Shown: piece after piece, positions 39,765-53,659 of the stretch
Layout of the letters: each line of letters begins with the position of its first letter
Position numbering within the stretch: position 1 is the first letter of the stretch
NCBI RefSeq assembly: GCF_009834535.1
Contig: NC_045696.1
Location: 64,296,001 to 64,360,000 of the forward strand
DNA length: 64,000 nucleotides
From: Camelus ferus
Lineage: Eukaryota
Reading direction: 5' to 3'
Translations under genes and position numbers: made by a program
Notes under the pieces: generated by a model
Seen by the model: the letters and a program-made list of their open reading frames with translations, nothing else
Databases searched by the model: none
Told to the model about the DNA's origin: nothing

Positions 39765-39990
39765 AGCCTCTGGACTCGGGACGGTTTCACTTTGGCTCTG
39801 CCACTTACTAGTTGTATGACCTTACACAACTTCCTTAACCTTTTGAAGTCTCAGTTTCCCCATCTATAAATAGTGGTAACATTAGTACCTCCCTTATGGA
39901 ATTAGTGAGGAAGATTAATTGCTCAAGTCATCTGTGCAAAGCATTTAGAACATTGCTTGGGTCTAGAAAGTACTCAAAAATTGTTATCAA
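39765..39990 (+). mobile_element. MIR SINE
   Basis: ggctctgccacttactagttgtatgacctt...tctcagtttccccatctataaa. Confidence 0.85.
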
Positions 39991-40197
39991 TTGTTTATTT
40001 ATAACTAGTAATGACCACAAAAACTGCTTTATATTTATGAAAGGTCCTAGAGGAGCATGTAACTAAAGCGTCAAAATATGTGTAGCAAAATTGCCTACAG
40101 GAATGATCATCACTGTTTGTTTGTAATAGCAACAATTAGGAAGAACCTAAAATTCAATATTAGGATTTCTTCAGATAAATCATGTATGTGTGTGTAT

Positions 40198-40198
<1 letters not shown>

Positions 40199-40244
<46 letters not shown>
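40199..40244. repeat. (CA)n microsatellite
   Basis: Direct reading. Confidence 0.97.
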
Positions 40245-40251
<7 letters not shown>

Positions 40252-41865
40252 GGATGTATAATCAAAATTTAGGATGATGTACATGAGAATAAAACCTTCA
40301 TCTTAACTTTGGTTTTCTCTGTATAATATTTTCCTCTTTCTCCTTTCTAATTTTTCTACAGTGATCACATGTTACTTGGGTAATACATTTTCTTTAAAGG
40401 TGTTAACATTGTGGCTTCTTTTCTTCTCCTGTGGGATCCTTTCTCCCTCTGGCTAGTGGCCCACCATTTCTGTCTCAAAGATGATTCTCCATCTCTCTAG
40501 GTCTCAGTTCCTGTCTGCTAACCAAAATCTGCTCCCTGGAAAGGATCTATGAAATGGGTTTTTTTGTTGTTGTTGTTTGTATTTTGTTTTTCAGTCCAGA
40601 TGTCCAGATCCTGTTAGGGGAATTTGGTGGAAATGCCTAGAGTTTTGTCCAAAAGATGGGACAACAAAGATTGGTCTTATTTGAGTTGTCTAGATGGATA
40701 ACATTGGGGAGCTGTCAAAATCATAACACAGGAAGAAAGAGAGTGAGTCAAATTAGAAGAAAAGTAAAGGTTTAATCGGAGTAGCAAAGTCAGCCAACTC
40801 TTAGGAGAAACACGCTGAAGTGAGGGTCAAATCGAGGGGTTTGGGACCTGTGAATGAGTGCGTCACAGGGAGCCCCTGTTTTGTGATTCTTTGCACAGAA
40901 TGCAAAGGCAAGCACAAGAGCTTCCAGGAGATTTTCTGCTGGATAATAGGTATGAATGATTGAGACAGAACTGAGATAACTTTCAGTGAACTTTCTCTTT
41001 TCCTCATACAAAACCCTTCCATTTATTCATCCAAAGGCATCCACTGCTGGGGAGGAATGATTGATATAATTGTAAGCGAAATGCAAAGAGAGCTGGTGTT
41101 CAGGTTTTGAGTCCTGAGAAACGCTCTTGATGCCCGCTTCAGAGGCAATAATTATGAAAGCCAAAGCTTGGAGCTTTATGTTTTAAAGGGGAAAAGAGGT
41201 TTTTGTAAATCAAAAGGCAAAGCCCTAAAGGAGCTGGGTACAAAATATATCCACCAACAAAAAACACAGAAAGAGAAGAGAGGAGGCATCTATTTCCTAC
41301 CACAAGGAGGGCTGGGTTACTGAGGGTCCCTCCCCTGCTAAAAGCACATAAAAGTGTTATATAAATCTTAAACCTTTAAAAATATCTAGCTGGACTTGAA
41401 AAAAAGAAAGCACACTTCCCAGCATTCAGAAACAAAGATAGAACCTAAAATCAGACAAATGTCAAAGACAGAATGTATCAGTCAATTAAGAAGATTTTAT
41501 TCAGACTATTGTAACATCTTATTAATGGAGAACATCCCCCCCACCCCCAACCACCTCTAAAAAGCACGGAAAGCCATCTGGGGATTTACAGAGGCACAGA
41601 AACCGAGGAGTTCTTTCTGAATTGCTATGGGGGTCATGAGAAGGGTAGAGCCCTGTCTTATCTGAGTCATTGAGGAAAGAGGGAGATGGGTTTTATCTTG
41701 AAATATGCCAGCATCTGCTAGTTTTATGTGGTTAGATGGTTAAGATTAGCCTTTCTCTCTGAGAATAAAGGATGGGGAGGTGGTGGTTTCTTAATTGTCC
41801 TTGTTTTCTTGGCGCACAGAGCAAAGGTAAATTTCAACAATATCAGCATTCCCTTTCCAAACAAC

Positions 41866-42150
41866 TCAGGCAATCAGAAACCTCTGATTCAGTGAAGTGG
41901 CGTCTAAGAAATCATCTCCAGCCATTGGTGTTGTTCCTGCAATCAGCTGAAATAGTTGTTTAGAGGTGGTGGCAAAGGTCAGTTTTTTTAGGGTCCTGGA
42001 GATCAAGCATCCTAAAAGAGGGATGCTTACAATGAAGAGAAGAAGTATTAACATAAAATGTTGTATTAAAGTAAGAGCCAAGAGTTCAATCCCAAGGGTA
42101 ACTGGTATAGAGGATTATAAGAAGTCAGTGGAGAAAAATCTTTCAGGTCT
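41866..42150 (-). pseudogene. env TM and cytoplasmic-tail remnant
   Basis: Hydrophobic stretch LIQHFMLILLLFIVSIPLLGCLISR followed by a polar tail that ends just before the PPT and 3' LTR, the usual env position. Confidence 0.45.
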
Positions 42151-45100
42151 GCAACACTACTCATTTAGTTTCTTGAAACTCTCAAGCTAGGATGCCCATG
42201 CTCTTGGTGACAATGTCTACAATCTTGGTTACCTTTTATATAAGGTCATGCATGACCCCAGCCATCACTGGACTTCCTTTGTGGCCAAGACAGTGGCTTG
42301 TTCAGGGAGACATCAGCCCATGCATGATGTGCTACAACATTAAGGTTTAAATCAAGTTCCCAGGGATTCTTCAGATCCTGGAGAAATGGGCCAGCTGCAG
42401 GCAACCTAGAGTCTCAAAAGGGACCCAAGTCAAGCTTTAGTCCTTGTCTTTGGTAACACGAAGTCAAGAGGGAGGGAAGGAGAGAAATTGCAAACATTAG
42501 CTTAGAGAATTGTAATCAGATATTGAAGGAAAGTGAAAGAATCACAAATTTGGTAAGAATTAGCAGTTCTGGCGATTTGCACACAGTTCACTTGCACGTA
42601 GGTACCGAAAACTTGCTTTTCCACCATGGGGGAGATGGATTCATCTTTATCAGACAAGATGACAAGACAGAGTTTACATATCCATTAAGTGCCACAATTT
42701 CAAAAAAGATGTTAAAAAAAAAAAACCACTTAAAGACAATAATCAGAGCAAGAATTTGACAACCTGGAAGGCTGTGATATAAACAACGCTGTAACTGAAA
42801 ACTCTCTGTTGAAACACAAAACTTATCTCCTTAGCCACCCCTCTTTTAACCAACAAAGATGTCAAAGAAAGATTATTCTTGCTTACCAAATAAGACTGGT
42901 CTCATTTCTTTGGCTTCATTATTTACACAGGTGCAGCAAGAATAGAAATTTACCATGGAGAGCTTCTTAAGTTTGCTTTGCTAGAAGTTTTCATAAAGGA
43001 ATCTCAGATTGAAATTTTAAAAGCTCCTTGAGATTAGGAAGTCAAGAATTCACCATCAGATTTTTACCTTTGGTACCTATAAATTTGGGCAAATTCTTCT
43101 CTTCTCAAAGTCCCCCAAATATTCTGAGATTCCTAGGCTTTTCTGACTCAGCTGTAAGTCAGAAAAAGTAAATGAGTGAGCCAGGTACCAAACCAGTTTT
43201 TCCAAAAGGGCTTTATAAGCATTGATTCTATAATGTCAACCTTAGTTCCTTAAATTTATCTGTACGTATATGATTAAATGAGCATCATTCTCAACTATGA
43301 TATTCCAGGCAAGGACTTGGCTAAAAAATCAGTATTTTCAATTATACTTGCTAACATGGTGGAAAGATTCTTACGGAATGTACACAAATAACTATACTGG
43401 CCATGAAAATAATATACTCAATAACAGTTTCCAAATTCTGGAGGTATCAATTAGGAAGAAAAAAATAACATTTACAAATGTTTCTTTTCAGTTTGCTAAA
43501 GCATAGTCTACTAAATTGTTAGATTATTGAGACTGTAAAAGATAAAAGGATTTCTTATATATCCAGAAAATAGATTAAAACATAACAATATTCCAAACAA
43601 AAATCATAATCATCTTTTATCACTTCACTGATGTAAAATTCATTCTTGTTCTGCTTGATATCAGTTTGATCTCATGAACCTAATTATTTCTTGACTAAAG
43701 TTCTAGAAATCCTAACTCAAGTCCACTGGTATGGTCTCAGAGTTGTGTTCAGTGGTCTGATACCATCAGAAGCCTGGGCTCAGGAGTACCAAGCATAGTC
43801 TTTTTCTACAGGTCTCTGAGGAAGTCCTTCTTTGTTGAAAACAAAGCACTCTGGCCTGGAGCTGATTATAAGAGCTTTCCAAGAAGCACCAGAGGAAAAT
43901 AAAACACTGTCTGTAGAGGACAAGAGACTTGAAATGACTGTGGTTTACTTCTCACTATAATTTTCAAAAGCAAAAAATCTGATGAGTATTCATTTCAAGA
44001 ATAATCCAACTGACAAGGAAAGTTTGTTGTTTCTGTGGCATGCAAAATAAGATAATAAAATCAATCAAAAATCGGGGCAAAATATCTCTAAACATAATGA
44101 CTAACCCTATTGTCACAGGAGTGAATGTTACATCTATTTTATAAAAATGGGTGGGTATAATATTTCACAGAGAAAAATATGTTTAGATATAACATACAAT
44201 AATCCTGAGGCATAATATACAATGGCTATACCAAGTGGATGACCCAGCCTTTAGTTAGAATATACTGAGATTATATTAAGAATATCAAAAACAACGATTC
44301 TGTAAGGGGAGAGTGGGTCTTAAACATCTGCACATTAATAAAACTCCATAGGTGAGTATGTGACTCTCCAGTTGAAAACCACTGGCCTGGAAGATGCCCT
44401 ATTCAAATTAAAGAAATAAAATTGAGATGAAGTTAACGCTTGAAAAAAGCAACGAAAATCATGACTGATAATGTTGTATTGTTGTTGTCTGGTATCTGGG
44501 AGAGCAGCACCAGGACTTGATGAAGGGAAACATATCAGGGACAGTGAGGACACTGACAAATCTCTAGGAACTTCCCACACGGAACACAATTTCTGAAATA
44601 TCCGTATTAATAGCATTCTCCCAAACAAATTTCACCTAGAGAAGGCTAAATATCTCTCCTGATTAGACAACTTTTCTCATGTAACTCAACAATAGTAACA
44701 TATCAAATAAGCCTAATTATTTCTAGCATCTGTCTTTTTATAAGATGAAGGACCAAATCCTTTGTGATTTTCCAGGGGCCTTCTGTAAAATCTCAAAGAC
44801 AGTTTTAGGTACAAAAGGATATTAGTTAGAATTCAATTTTGGAAAGGCACACTATCAAAACTATCACCATATTTTAGCTGATTAGGATAGGATCGCAGAT
44901 CTTACTATAATAAAATTTTAAAAGTTAAAAAAAAAGAGAGATAGGGTCATGGATGACTGAGAAACAACACTTAGCTACCAATTAAGTGACAATAAAATAT
45001 TTTAAAAGTAAACCTAAGAAGTAGCATGATCGTAAAGAATTTTAATTCTTTCATATGTGAGAAATTTTTGTTTTCTTAAAGAATCAAGGACATAGTAAAG

Positions 45101-46673
45101 TCATCATAGGCCATAGAGGTTATTCTGGTAAGACACAGAATCTGTGCAATGTAAGTGGATTACACAGAAGCTAAAAAATAATCTTTTACAACCTCTTAGT
45201 AAGAGCAGAGCAGTACTCCAGGAAAAGTTCGCTGCAAGAGAAAGAAAACCAAATTCTAGTAATGCATCGATATACTACTTGCTATTACAGCTCTTTTTGA
45301 AAATCTTGTAAATAAATTCATCAAACCTTAGCTTTGACCAAGGCAAAGATCTCTTTCCACTAAACTTCTGTTGCTTTCTACAAGCACACACATCCCTTAT
45401 GGAACAACTTCTCAAGGGGGACAAAAATGAACACTTTCAGTAACAGATTCCAATATATATATATATATAGTCTCTCTGTACCACATAAAAACAAAAGGTA
45501 GAAACTACAAGCTTAAAATTATGCTTAGAAATGAATATATCTAAGTATTCCATCTTACACAGAAATGATCTAAGAATCTAACAGCTATCCATTAATTAAT
45601 TCAATTTCATATCAGTTCAAGATTTTATGTTACCTAAAGATCTTGGAAATTATCTTCAAACTACATGCTACAAAACTAATTGCTGTTGAAATAGTTTGTC
45701 AATAATTCAACCTGGCTGAACAGAAATTTTAACTTCGCATAATTTTAAACTCTAGGTAGAAGTGATGCTAGCTTATTTGACCAGTAAACTTGTATAACTT
45801 TAGAAAGAAGACATCCAAGTAGAATAAAATCTAGGTGCATATTATACTTAACACTGATAAGCCGGAAAGACAGTTTTTCTATTAAACCAAAAATATTAAA
45901 CTAGTTTTATTCGCCAAACAGTTCCTCAAATTATGTGAGCTTGATTTCTTAAAACATTTGAGTTAGTTTCTATCAGAATTTTTTTAGCACACTGAACTGT
46001 ATTGGAAGTTCAACTTCCTCATGGGAAGTTTAAGCATATTCAGTTTATATAAGTAACTACTTGTATTTAAGCTCCTTTAAAAGACTTTATAATCTCATTT
46101 ATTAATACCATTCAGAGACTGAAAAATATAATGTAATCACACAATGAAAAGTAAAGACAGTTCTGAATTTCAGATATATAAATCTACAGACAAACAGAGA
46201 TGGAGCACAGAGAGGTCAAATCTTAAATTTCAGCCCCGGGTCAAGAATAAACATAGGCTTACAAAACTCATGATTTCATATCAAAGAGCTATTGTTTTCC
46301 CAGAGGATATGAATTCTCAGTTGATTTGAGCTCCACATACACAAATAGACCAACAAACAAAAGAGATTAACAAACTAGATTCTCTTTCACCCAACAACAA
46401 CAACAGAAGATCTCTATGACTCACCAGTCCATTTATAGAAATTGCCAAATGGTCAGACCGTGAAATCAAGAGGAGCAGTACCGGAATCAAGTGAATCTTC
46501 AAAAATAATCAAAATCAAATCCTTATCATGCTGATAGCCAAGAGTCCAGAACACAGGATCAGGAGTCAGACACACCATTAGGTCCCCAGATCACCAGTCA
46601 GGCACAGGACACAAAGGTCTCTGAGAGACCCCATTAGGGGGATGGAGTTAACAGGATCTGAAGGTGCCATCCA

Positions 46674-46691
46674 ATCTGAGTCACAGCACGA
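46674..46691 (-). other. Retroviral primer-binding site, tRNA-His type
   Basis: TCGTGCTGTGACTCAGAT matches TGGTGCCGTGACTCGGAT at 15 of 18 positions, 3 nt from the LTR end. Confidence 0.7.
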
Positions 46692-46999
46692 AGCTATTGA
46701 GACAAAATGCACCTGACAGTTAGGGAGATGGTTTTATTCAAGCTGCTGCAATTAGAAGAATATTCACTATTGAGAATTATCTCAAAATAAAAGTTGCCAA
46801 GAAGGTGCATTTTATCAAAGGATTCAGCCATGAGTCTTATGAGAATGATGGGGAAAGATGAAGATGGGTCTTATCTGAGAAAATAGAAGAGTTGATGTCC
46901 TTTTAGAATTAGCCATCTCTAATTGATCTCTTTACCAATGCCATTTTCCAGAATCACAAGGCTCAGGTGAAGTTCAGCACTGTCAAAGGTAAGCTTGTG

Positions 47000-49900
47000 A
47001 GCTATAGCTCCAAGTTGAATCTGATTTAAATTGTAGTTGCTTGGAACTGGGTTTTTAATGCTCAATATAGAGAAAACAACATGACTTGCATAAAATGGGG
47101 AGCTGAAATTGAGAGCCAACTGATACGGCACCATAGGTGCCTTCTTTCTCAGTGAAATGAGAACTACAGTATCTCATGTACTAATCCAGGAAAGCTATAA
47201 ATAAACTTGTCTATGTTTCGAGCTGTAAGAGGAAAAAGTCTCCTAAGAGTAACCAAAATTCATTAGTTACCAAGTAGAGTCTCAATCTATCCTACCTGCA
47301 TAGTGTGGAAATCTCCAAACCAAAAAAAAGTAACATGAAAATCTAGACTAAGACAAATGACACCCTGAAGTACCTGGAGAAGAAATACAGACTCCCACAA
47401 AGAAACAGCAATAAGAACTCTCTAGTAAAGAAGAGTTTACAATTTTTTTTAATACAGAAGAAAATTTGTTTACCATAAAAGACAGAATCAGCAGACATAA
47501 CAAGACTTTAAACTAATAGAAAAATAGGAAAAAAATTGTAAAATAATACACTTTAATTATTAAAGAGCTAAATGAAGGAGCATAAACTATAATAAAATAT
47601 TAGTCCATTACAGAAAATAGACACACTTGGAAATAAAATAACTTCTAAAAATAATAAAAGGCAATTGGGTGCTTAAAAATGATGAATTATTGAAATAACA
47701 GATTAAACATAGCTGAAGAGATACATCAGTGAACTGGAAGATGGATCTGAATAAATACCCAAATTGCACCACAATAAGGTTTTTCAAGAGATAAAAAAAA
47801 CATGATAGACAGTTGTTAAATGTAGAAAATAGAATTTGCAAAAAGGAAACTTAAATAGTCAATAAATTTGAAAAAAGATGACTGTCTATTAGCAATCAGG
47901 AAAATGTAAATTAAAATAAGATAGCTTATGACACTAAATTGGAGAGTTAATATCCTTGAGAATGTGAAATTTTATGAGTGTAGAGTAACAGGAACTTTAA
48001 ACATGGCTGATTGGAGTATAAACTGACACAACTATAGGGAATAATTTGTCAACAACTTACAAGTTAATAGACTTACAGGTTTATATTATCATTTGGCAAT
48101 TCAACATCTAATAAATATTTTAGACAAATTTTGACACATGTGTATAAGGATATTTGTTGCAATATGTTTGAAATAGTTTTTAAAAATCAGTAACCTAGTT
48201 TTGAATCTATGAGATAGGATAAATCAATTGTGGCAATATTTTATTCCAGTATTCATATATACTGTTCAGTAATTCCCTATTTTCCGCTTTCTAGGCACAT
48301 AGTAGGATTGTACTTCCCTAGCTACTTGCTTCTGCCCAGGGAAAGACTGTAGAAGTGAGAGTGGTCACTTCTAAGGAGGACCTTAAAGGTCAGTGAAGAA
48401 TTTCCTACTACAAAAGACCATGGAAACATGCAACAAAATGACACCTTTATTAACGCAGGTCCTTGAATGACTATGATGAGCAAAGCCCTCCTGTTGACTT
48501 GCTGTGGACAGACAGATAGCATGACTGAGATCTGACATTTGTTGGTTATTTTTCCCTCTAGGAGTAACGTTATTTCCCAAAGAGGAATCTAAGAAGCTAA
48601 GCAGGGATTTTGAAAGATTCTTATGACTATGGGTACAAAAACAGATGTTTAAGGACTATAAAGAATTAGGGCCCTGGTAACCACTTCCCAAGATTTAGGT
48701 TTGAACCCTCATGGACTACATTCTAAGAAAATTGAAAATAGACCAGCCTTCACAGATGTTGAACCCAATTTTAAAATAACTGAATTTCTGATGCAATTAA
48801 AGTGATTTGGGATTACTAGATTTTACAGCCATCCACAAAGCAAATGTAATAATATTCTCTAGAAGAAGAGAGCATAATTCTAGGTTTTAAATTTCTTTCC
48901 TATTGTAAGTATGCAACATCTGGCATTCAATCAATGATAAGCAGGCATAAAGGAGATAAGACAATGTTATTTAAAAGCCAAAAGTATCAATGGTCAATAG
49001 CAACAGAGCCACAGGGAATCCAGACATTGGATGTATCAGACACAAACTTTAGCATTATTTGAATAATGTGTTCAAGTATATGAGAAAAGGTAGAAAAAAT
49101 CAGCAAAGAATTGGAAACCTTAAAAAATTGAACATTCTAAAACTGAAAAATTTAATAGCAAATTAGAAAGAGCTGAGGATTCAATTAATTGTTAATAAGT
49201 TAGAATAAAATATTCACACAGAAGCTCCAAGAGTCAAAAAGATGAAACATAGAGAAATACGTACAAGGAATACATGGGGCATAGTTTCTTTTTTTTAAGT
49301 CTAATATACATGATTTTAGAGTCTCAGAAGAAAAGGAACAAAAATGAGTCAAAGAAACTATCTGAAGAGATAGTGAATGAGAATTTTTGAAAATTGATTT
49401 AAAAAAATCAAACCATAGATTAAAAAGCACTAAGAAACCCAACTGGGGTGAATATAATGTATATTAATCGTATATACATTAAAGTAAAGCAGAAAATGAA
49501 AGGGAAACCCCAAAATATTTAGAGGGAAAAGAAAGCATCACCATCAAAGGAATTACAACTGACTGGTATTTGACTTCTCAGTAGAAATGATGGAAGCCAG
49601 AAAACACAGAACTTTAGAATGAAGACACAAGGCAAACACTGCCTTAACCAAGTGACCAAAGTTAACCTCACTGGTCTTGATATATTGTCCTCCATTTACT
49701 ATGGAGGAGAGGCACTTCATTTCTGTGGTATTCTTCCTAAAACTCATAACTTGAGTGATGAAAAAAAACCATTAACAAAATCAAACAAACCCAAATTAAG
49801 GGACATTTTATAAAATGTCTAACCAGTACTCTTCAGAACTGTGAAAGTCATGAAACACTAGGAAAACTGAGAAACTGTCACAGACCAGGGGAGACAAAGG

Positions 49901-50160
49901 GAATATAATCACATGCAGTGTTGTACCCTTGACTGGATCCTAGAGCAGGATGAGCTTCATTAGTAAAATAATAACAATTTTTTTAAATCCAAATTAAGCC
50001 TGGAGTTTTCTTCATAGTAATAAACCAACATTAATTTCTCAATTTTGAAAAATGTGTCATGGTTACAAAGATACAGTATCGGGGGAAATGCGTGAAGGGC
50101 ATGTAAGAACTTTCTACACTATCTTTGACATTTTTCTCTAAATCTAAAGTTTTCCAAAAG
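47000..50160 (+). mobile_element. Mosaic of old L1 fragments (5'/ORF1-like parts; L1MC-like 3' end at 49620-50160) with a MaLR fragment near 48270-48550
   Basis: A-rich L1 ORF1-like sequence; ctgacttctcagtagaaatgatggaagccaga; ttaaccaagtgaccaaagttaac. Confidence 0.65.
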
Positions 50161-50179
50161 AAAAAGAAAAACATAAAGG

Positions 50180-50791
50180 TGTTAACAAATGGAGGGACCC
50201 CTAAATTAGGAAGCCCACCAAAGTGTGGGTTCGTGCCACTGACTGTGAAAGAATTCGCACAGCAGAGACAGAGGGACAGAGTGAATAGCTGCTTTATTGT
50301 TCAGAAGAGGAAAAGGAAGGAAAGTGCTCAAGGTGGGAGAAGGGGAGAAAAGGCACTCACACAAGGAAGAGGTCCTCGAGTAGGGAGCCATCAGCCAAGA
50401 TGGGCAGTAGGGACAGCTCCAGCCCGGGTAGTCCACGTGGACTTTTATGAGAGGCTCCCACCATCGCGTCCACCTTCCAGGAGTGATGGAGCCAATCAGT
50501 CCTTGTTCGAGTTTTTCAGTCCTTATAGAGACTTTTCCAGTTGTTGTCATGGCAATCATCAGCTGTCATGGCACTGGTGGGCATGTCACTTAGCATACAG
50601 CATACATTACAGTGAGACTATAGTGAGGCTCAAGGTCCACTGGTAGTCAAATTCTCCACCATCTTGGACTGGGTTCTAACCAGTTCTTGTTTCTTCTCAG
50701 CAGCTCCCTCCTGATACTTAGATAAGAGTAATTGGTTTCTATTTGAGGGAGGGGCAGGGGTATGATCCTGGGGGCAACAGCCTTGGTAACA
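50180..50791 (-). mobile_element. ERV1 solo LTR sharing a MER41-like U3 core with the LTR at 11515
   Basis: Reverse complement contains actggttagaa...aagatggtggagaatttgact...tatgctaagtgacatgcccaccagtgccatgacag; minus-strand AATAAA near 50295. Confidence 0.7.
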
Positions 50792-51027
50792 AGAAGCAAA
50801 GTTGCTTTTAACCAGGATGCCTGCAACCTTGTGGACCCAGAATCACCAACCCCTCCAAACCCCCCCCCCCAAAAAAAAACTATCTCCAAAGTTTCTGTTC
50901 AGCCATGAAAGTTTTAAAGGGAAATGAGGGAGTAATCTCAGTCAATCATTGAGATAAGTGGTCAGAGACTTCAGCTTTTCTATAAACAAGAGGTGAGGGA
51001 GGGGGCACAGTGTCCTGCTCCCTTTCA
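50792..51027 (-). mobile_element. Fragment of a second LTR
   Basis: Minus strand starts tgaaagggagcaggaca, an LTR-like terminus, with ccctttaaaa and ttaaaagcaactttgc motifs. Confidence 0.4.
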
Positions 51028-52010
51028 ATGAGATACCACTACACACCAAACTGAATGACTGAGACTAGAAAGACTGACACTTCCAACTGCAGGGTGAGAA
51101 TGAGGAGCAATGAGAATGTTGAGCAATGAGTCCTCAGATCATGTTAAGGAGTAAATCTGTACAACTGCCTTAGAACGCCATTTAGCAACATTCCTAACAG
51201 TTGAAAAGAAGCATACATTTGAAAATACACATACCATTTGACTCAGAAATTCTACCTCTAGGTGAGTATTCAACAGAAAAGTGTGTATACGGACCTCAAA
51301 AATCATATATGCTAATGTTCATAGCACCTTTTTAGAAAAAACTTTTAAAAATAATTTTTGCTTTTATTTTGAAGATACTTCTGGTTTTTTCAGCTTTAGT
51401 GAGGTCTAATTGACAAATAGGAATTGTATATGTCTAAGATGTGTGACTTGATGTTTTGATATATGTACACTTTGCAAAACGATCGCTGTAATCAAGTTAA
51501 CTAACATATTCATCCCCTCGCATACTCTTTTTGTTGTTGTTGTTCTAGTGTATAAATCTTTGCCTTTTCTTCTTTAACTTCATATCCATTGAACAACAAC
51601 TCCCATGACCTGCTCACCCATCCCCTTGGTAACCACCACTCTACTGTATACTTCTATACTCTGAATATTCAAGTGCCTCGTATAAGAAATCATGCAGTGT
51701 TTGTCTTTCTGTGACTGAATAATTTCACTTAAGATAATGTCTTCTTGGTTCAACTCCTTGTTGCCATAGTAGCTTTATTTGTAATAACTAGAAACAAAAA
51801 CTGGAAACAAAACAAAGGTCTATTTACAACAGAGTGAATAAATACACTGTGGTATATTAATTTCATGCAATATTATACTCAATAAAAATAAATGAACTAC
51901 AGCTATACGCAACAACAACCTGAATAAGTCTCCCACTTGACTTCTGAGTCAGGGAAGCCAGGCACAAATAAATACTTACTATGTGATTCTGCTTATAGAA
52001 AGTGTAAAAC
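51028..52010. mobile_element. Plus-strand old L1 3' region with a nested antisense L1 3' end (about 51390-51760)
   Basis: atgagataccactacacacc...ccatttgactcagaaattc; nested ctttagtgaggtctaattgacaaata...ggtaaccaccactctact. Confidence 0.7.
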
Positions 52011-53659
52011 AAGATTAGTCTAGATAATTGAAAGTTTGGATAATGCGTCTGTGGGTTCTGTGAACTTGGGCAGGGAATTGGTGTGATGTAGAAACCAACG
52101 ACTGGGTTGAATTTATAGCATTCTTAGTTATGCTTTTTCTCTTAAATGCCAATATCAATCGTAGACACATCTTAAGATGAAAACAAAATTAACAAATAAG
52201 ATCATGGAACAAGTGTCTAGTTCATTGTGCAACCAAGTCTCGGTCACATAGGATTTAAAAGTTAGAACTTCTTCATATGAGTCCATCTCACACTCATCAA
52301 GAGTAATAGATATTTGGATTCAAGGAAAACACTCTGGATATTGTCTTGTGGTTCTCTGGTAGGTGAGTATTATGAACGAGGCCAGGTGTGTGAGAAGCCC
52401 CAAGTAACACAATTTGGGGGGAAATTAAAGTTATACATTGCAATCCTGAGAAGAGAAGGCACATTATCCCAAATCCTTCTCCAAAAGCATCAACACCAGC
52501 ACACATCACAGTTGGCATTTCCCTTTCTGCACCCCAGGAACCATCTTCATCTTGCCCTTCATCCTGTTCAGTGAGTCTTGGTAATGGGAGAAATGAATCT
52601 TCTTTTTCATATTAAAGAGGTAGCATTGAGAATGTATCCCAAGACCCTTTGGGGTATCAACTGCTAGTTCTGAAAATTTTGTAAAAATTGATTCATACAA
52701 ATAAAGTAGCTGCAGTCACTGAATAAAAGTGCTTATAAATCTGTGCTCAGAGATTAGATTCAGAGTCCAAGTTGTCCATGCAGAGGAGCTGACCTAGGAC
52801 AAAACACAAAGTCTAACCTGGGTTCTAATATCTGAAAAATGATGACCTAGACTTGTTCTAGATTGTTTTGTGTCAATTAACTACGAACCAACAATAAGTC
52901 AGAGCAATGAATAAAGATCAAATGTGAATTTAAGTGAGTGGAAGTGGCTTCCCATTGCTTTCCTTGTTTCCCTGGAAGTTCAGTGGCCGGTGTAACCAGT
53001 GCAGAATATGAAATCTGCTTGGGGGAGAGGAGCTCAGAGATCTGGCTCTCTCCCTTTGGGCTGAGGGGATCACCTTGGCACTCAAGCCTGTCCAACAATG
53101 CATGAGAGCATTTTCCTTCTGCTCAAGCTGTGGAAGGGCAGCACCAGCACTGACGTATACCTTCTAACACATGTGGAAATCCTTGTCCTGCTGCAGTTAC
53201 ATACTTCCTATTCCATCATCAGAGTTCTTACAACAGAACTAGCCCATCTCCCAAAGATAGCCAAAGAGGGGTTGCTTTGGAAGTCCAGTAAGTCCAAAGG
53301 ACAGCAGCCAGGACCAATCAACTAACGCACATGGCATTTCTTGATATAATAAGTTTCCTTTAGGTACGAAGCACTACTTATTTAAGTGACACATGGTTGG
53401 GATTGTTACTTTACCATTAAAGGATCTATTGGGAGGGAAAGTCAACACTTACGGAAGGAAAAGATATAAATACTAAGAATAGAACTTAACTTCCGGGTGG
53501 AGATTATAACAGGAAGCTGTCATCTTTATTAGAGATTCCCATGAGACCATTAAACAGGTGGACAGATACTAATAGTCACCACAAAATAGTTATCTTAAAG
53601 AAAGTGTACGGAAAATGACTGCTTGGTTCCCGTCATCACTGAAGTTGAAACAAAAAGAT

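Larger units (their letters stand above)
41460..46979 (-). mobile_element. Decayed two-LTR ERV1-like provirus, probably non-autonomous
   Basis: Related LTRs at 41460-41839 and 46695-46979, each with minus-strand AATAAA (41496, 46733); PBS next to the right LTR; purine tract ggaaagggaa next to the left LTR; no long internal ORF. Confidence 0.7.

Noticed and set aside
50125..50646. 173-aa ORF
   Set aside because: Lies within an LTR on its antisense strand; not a retroviral protein
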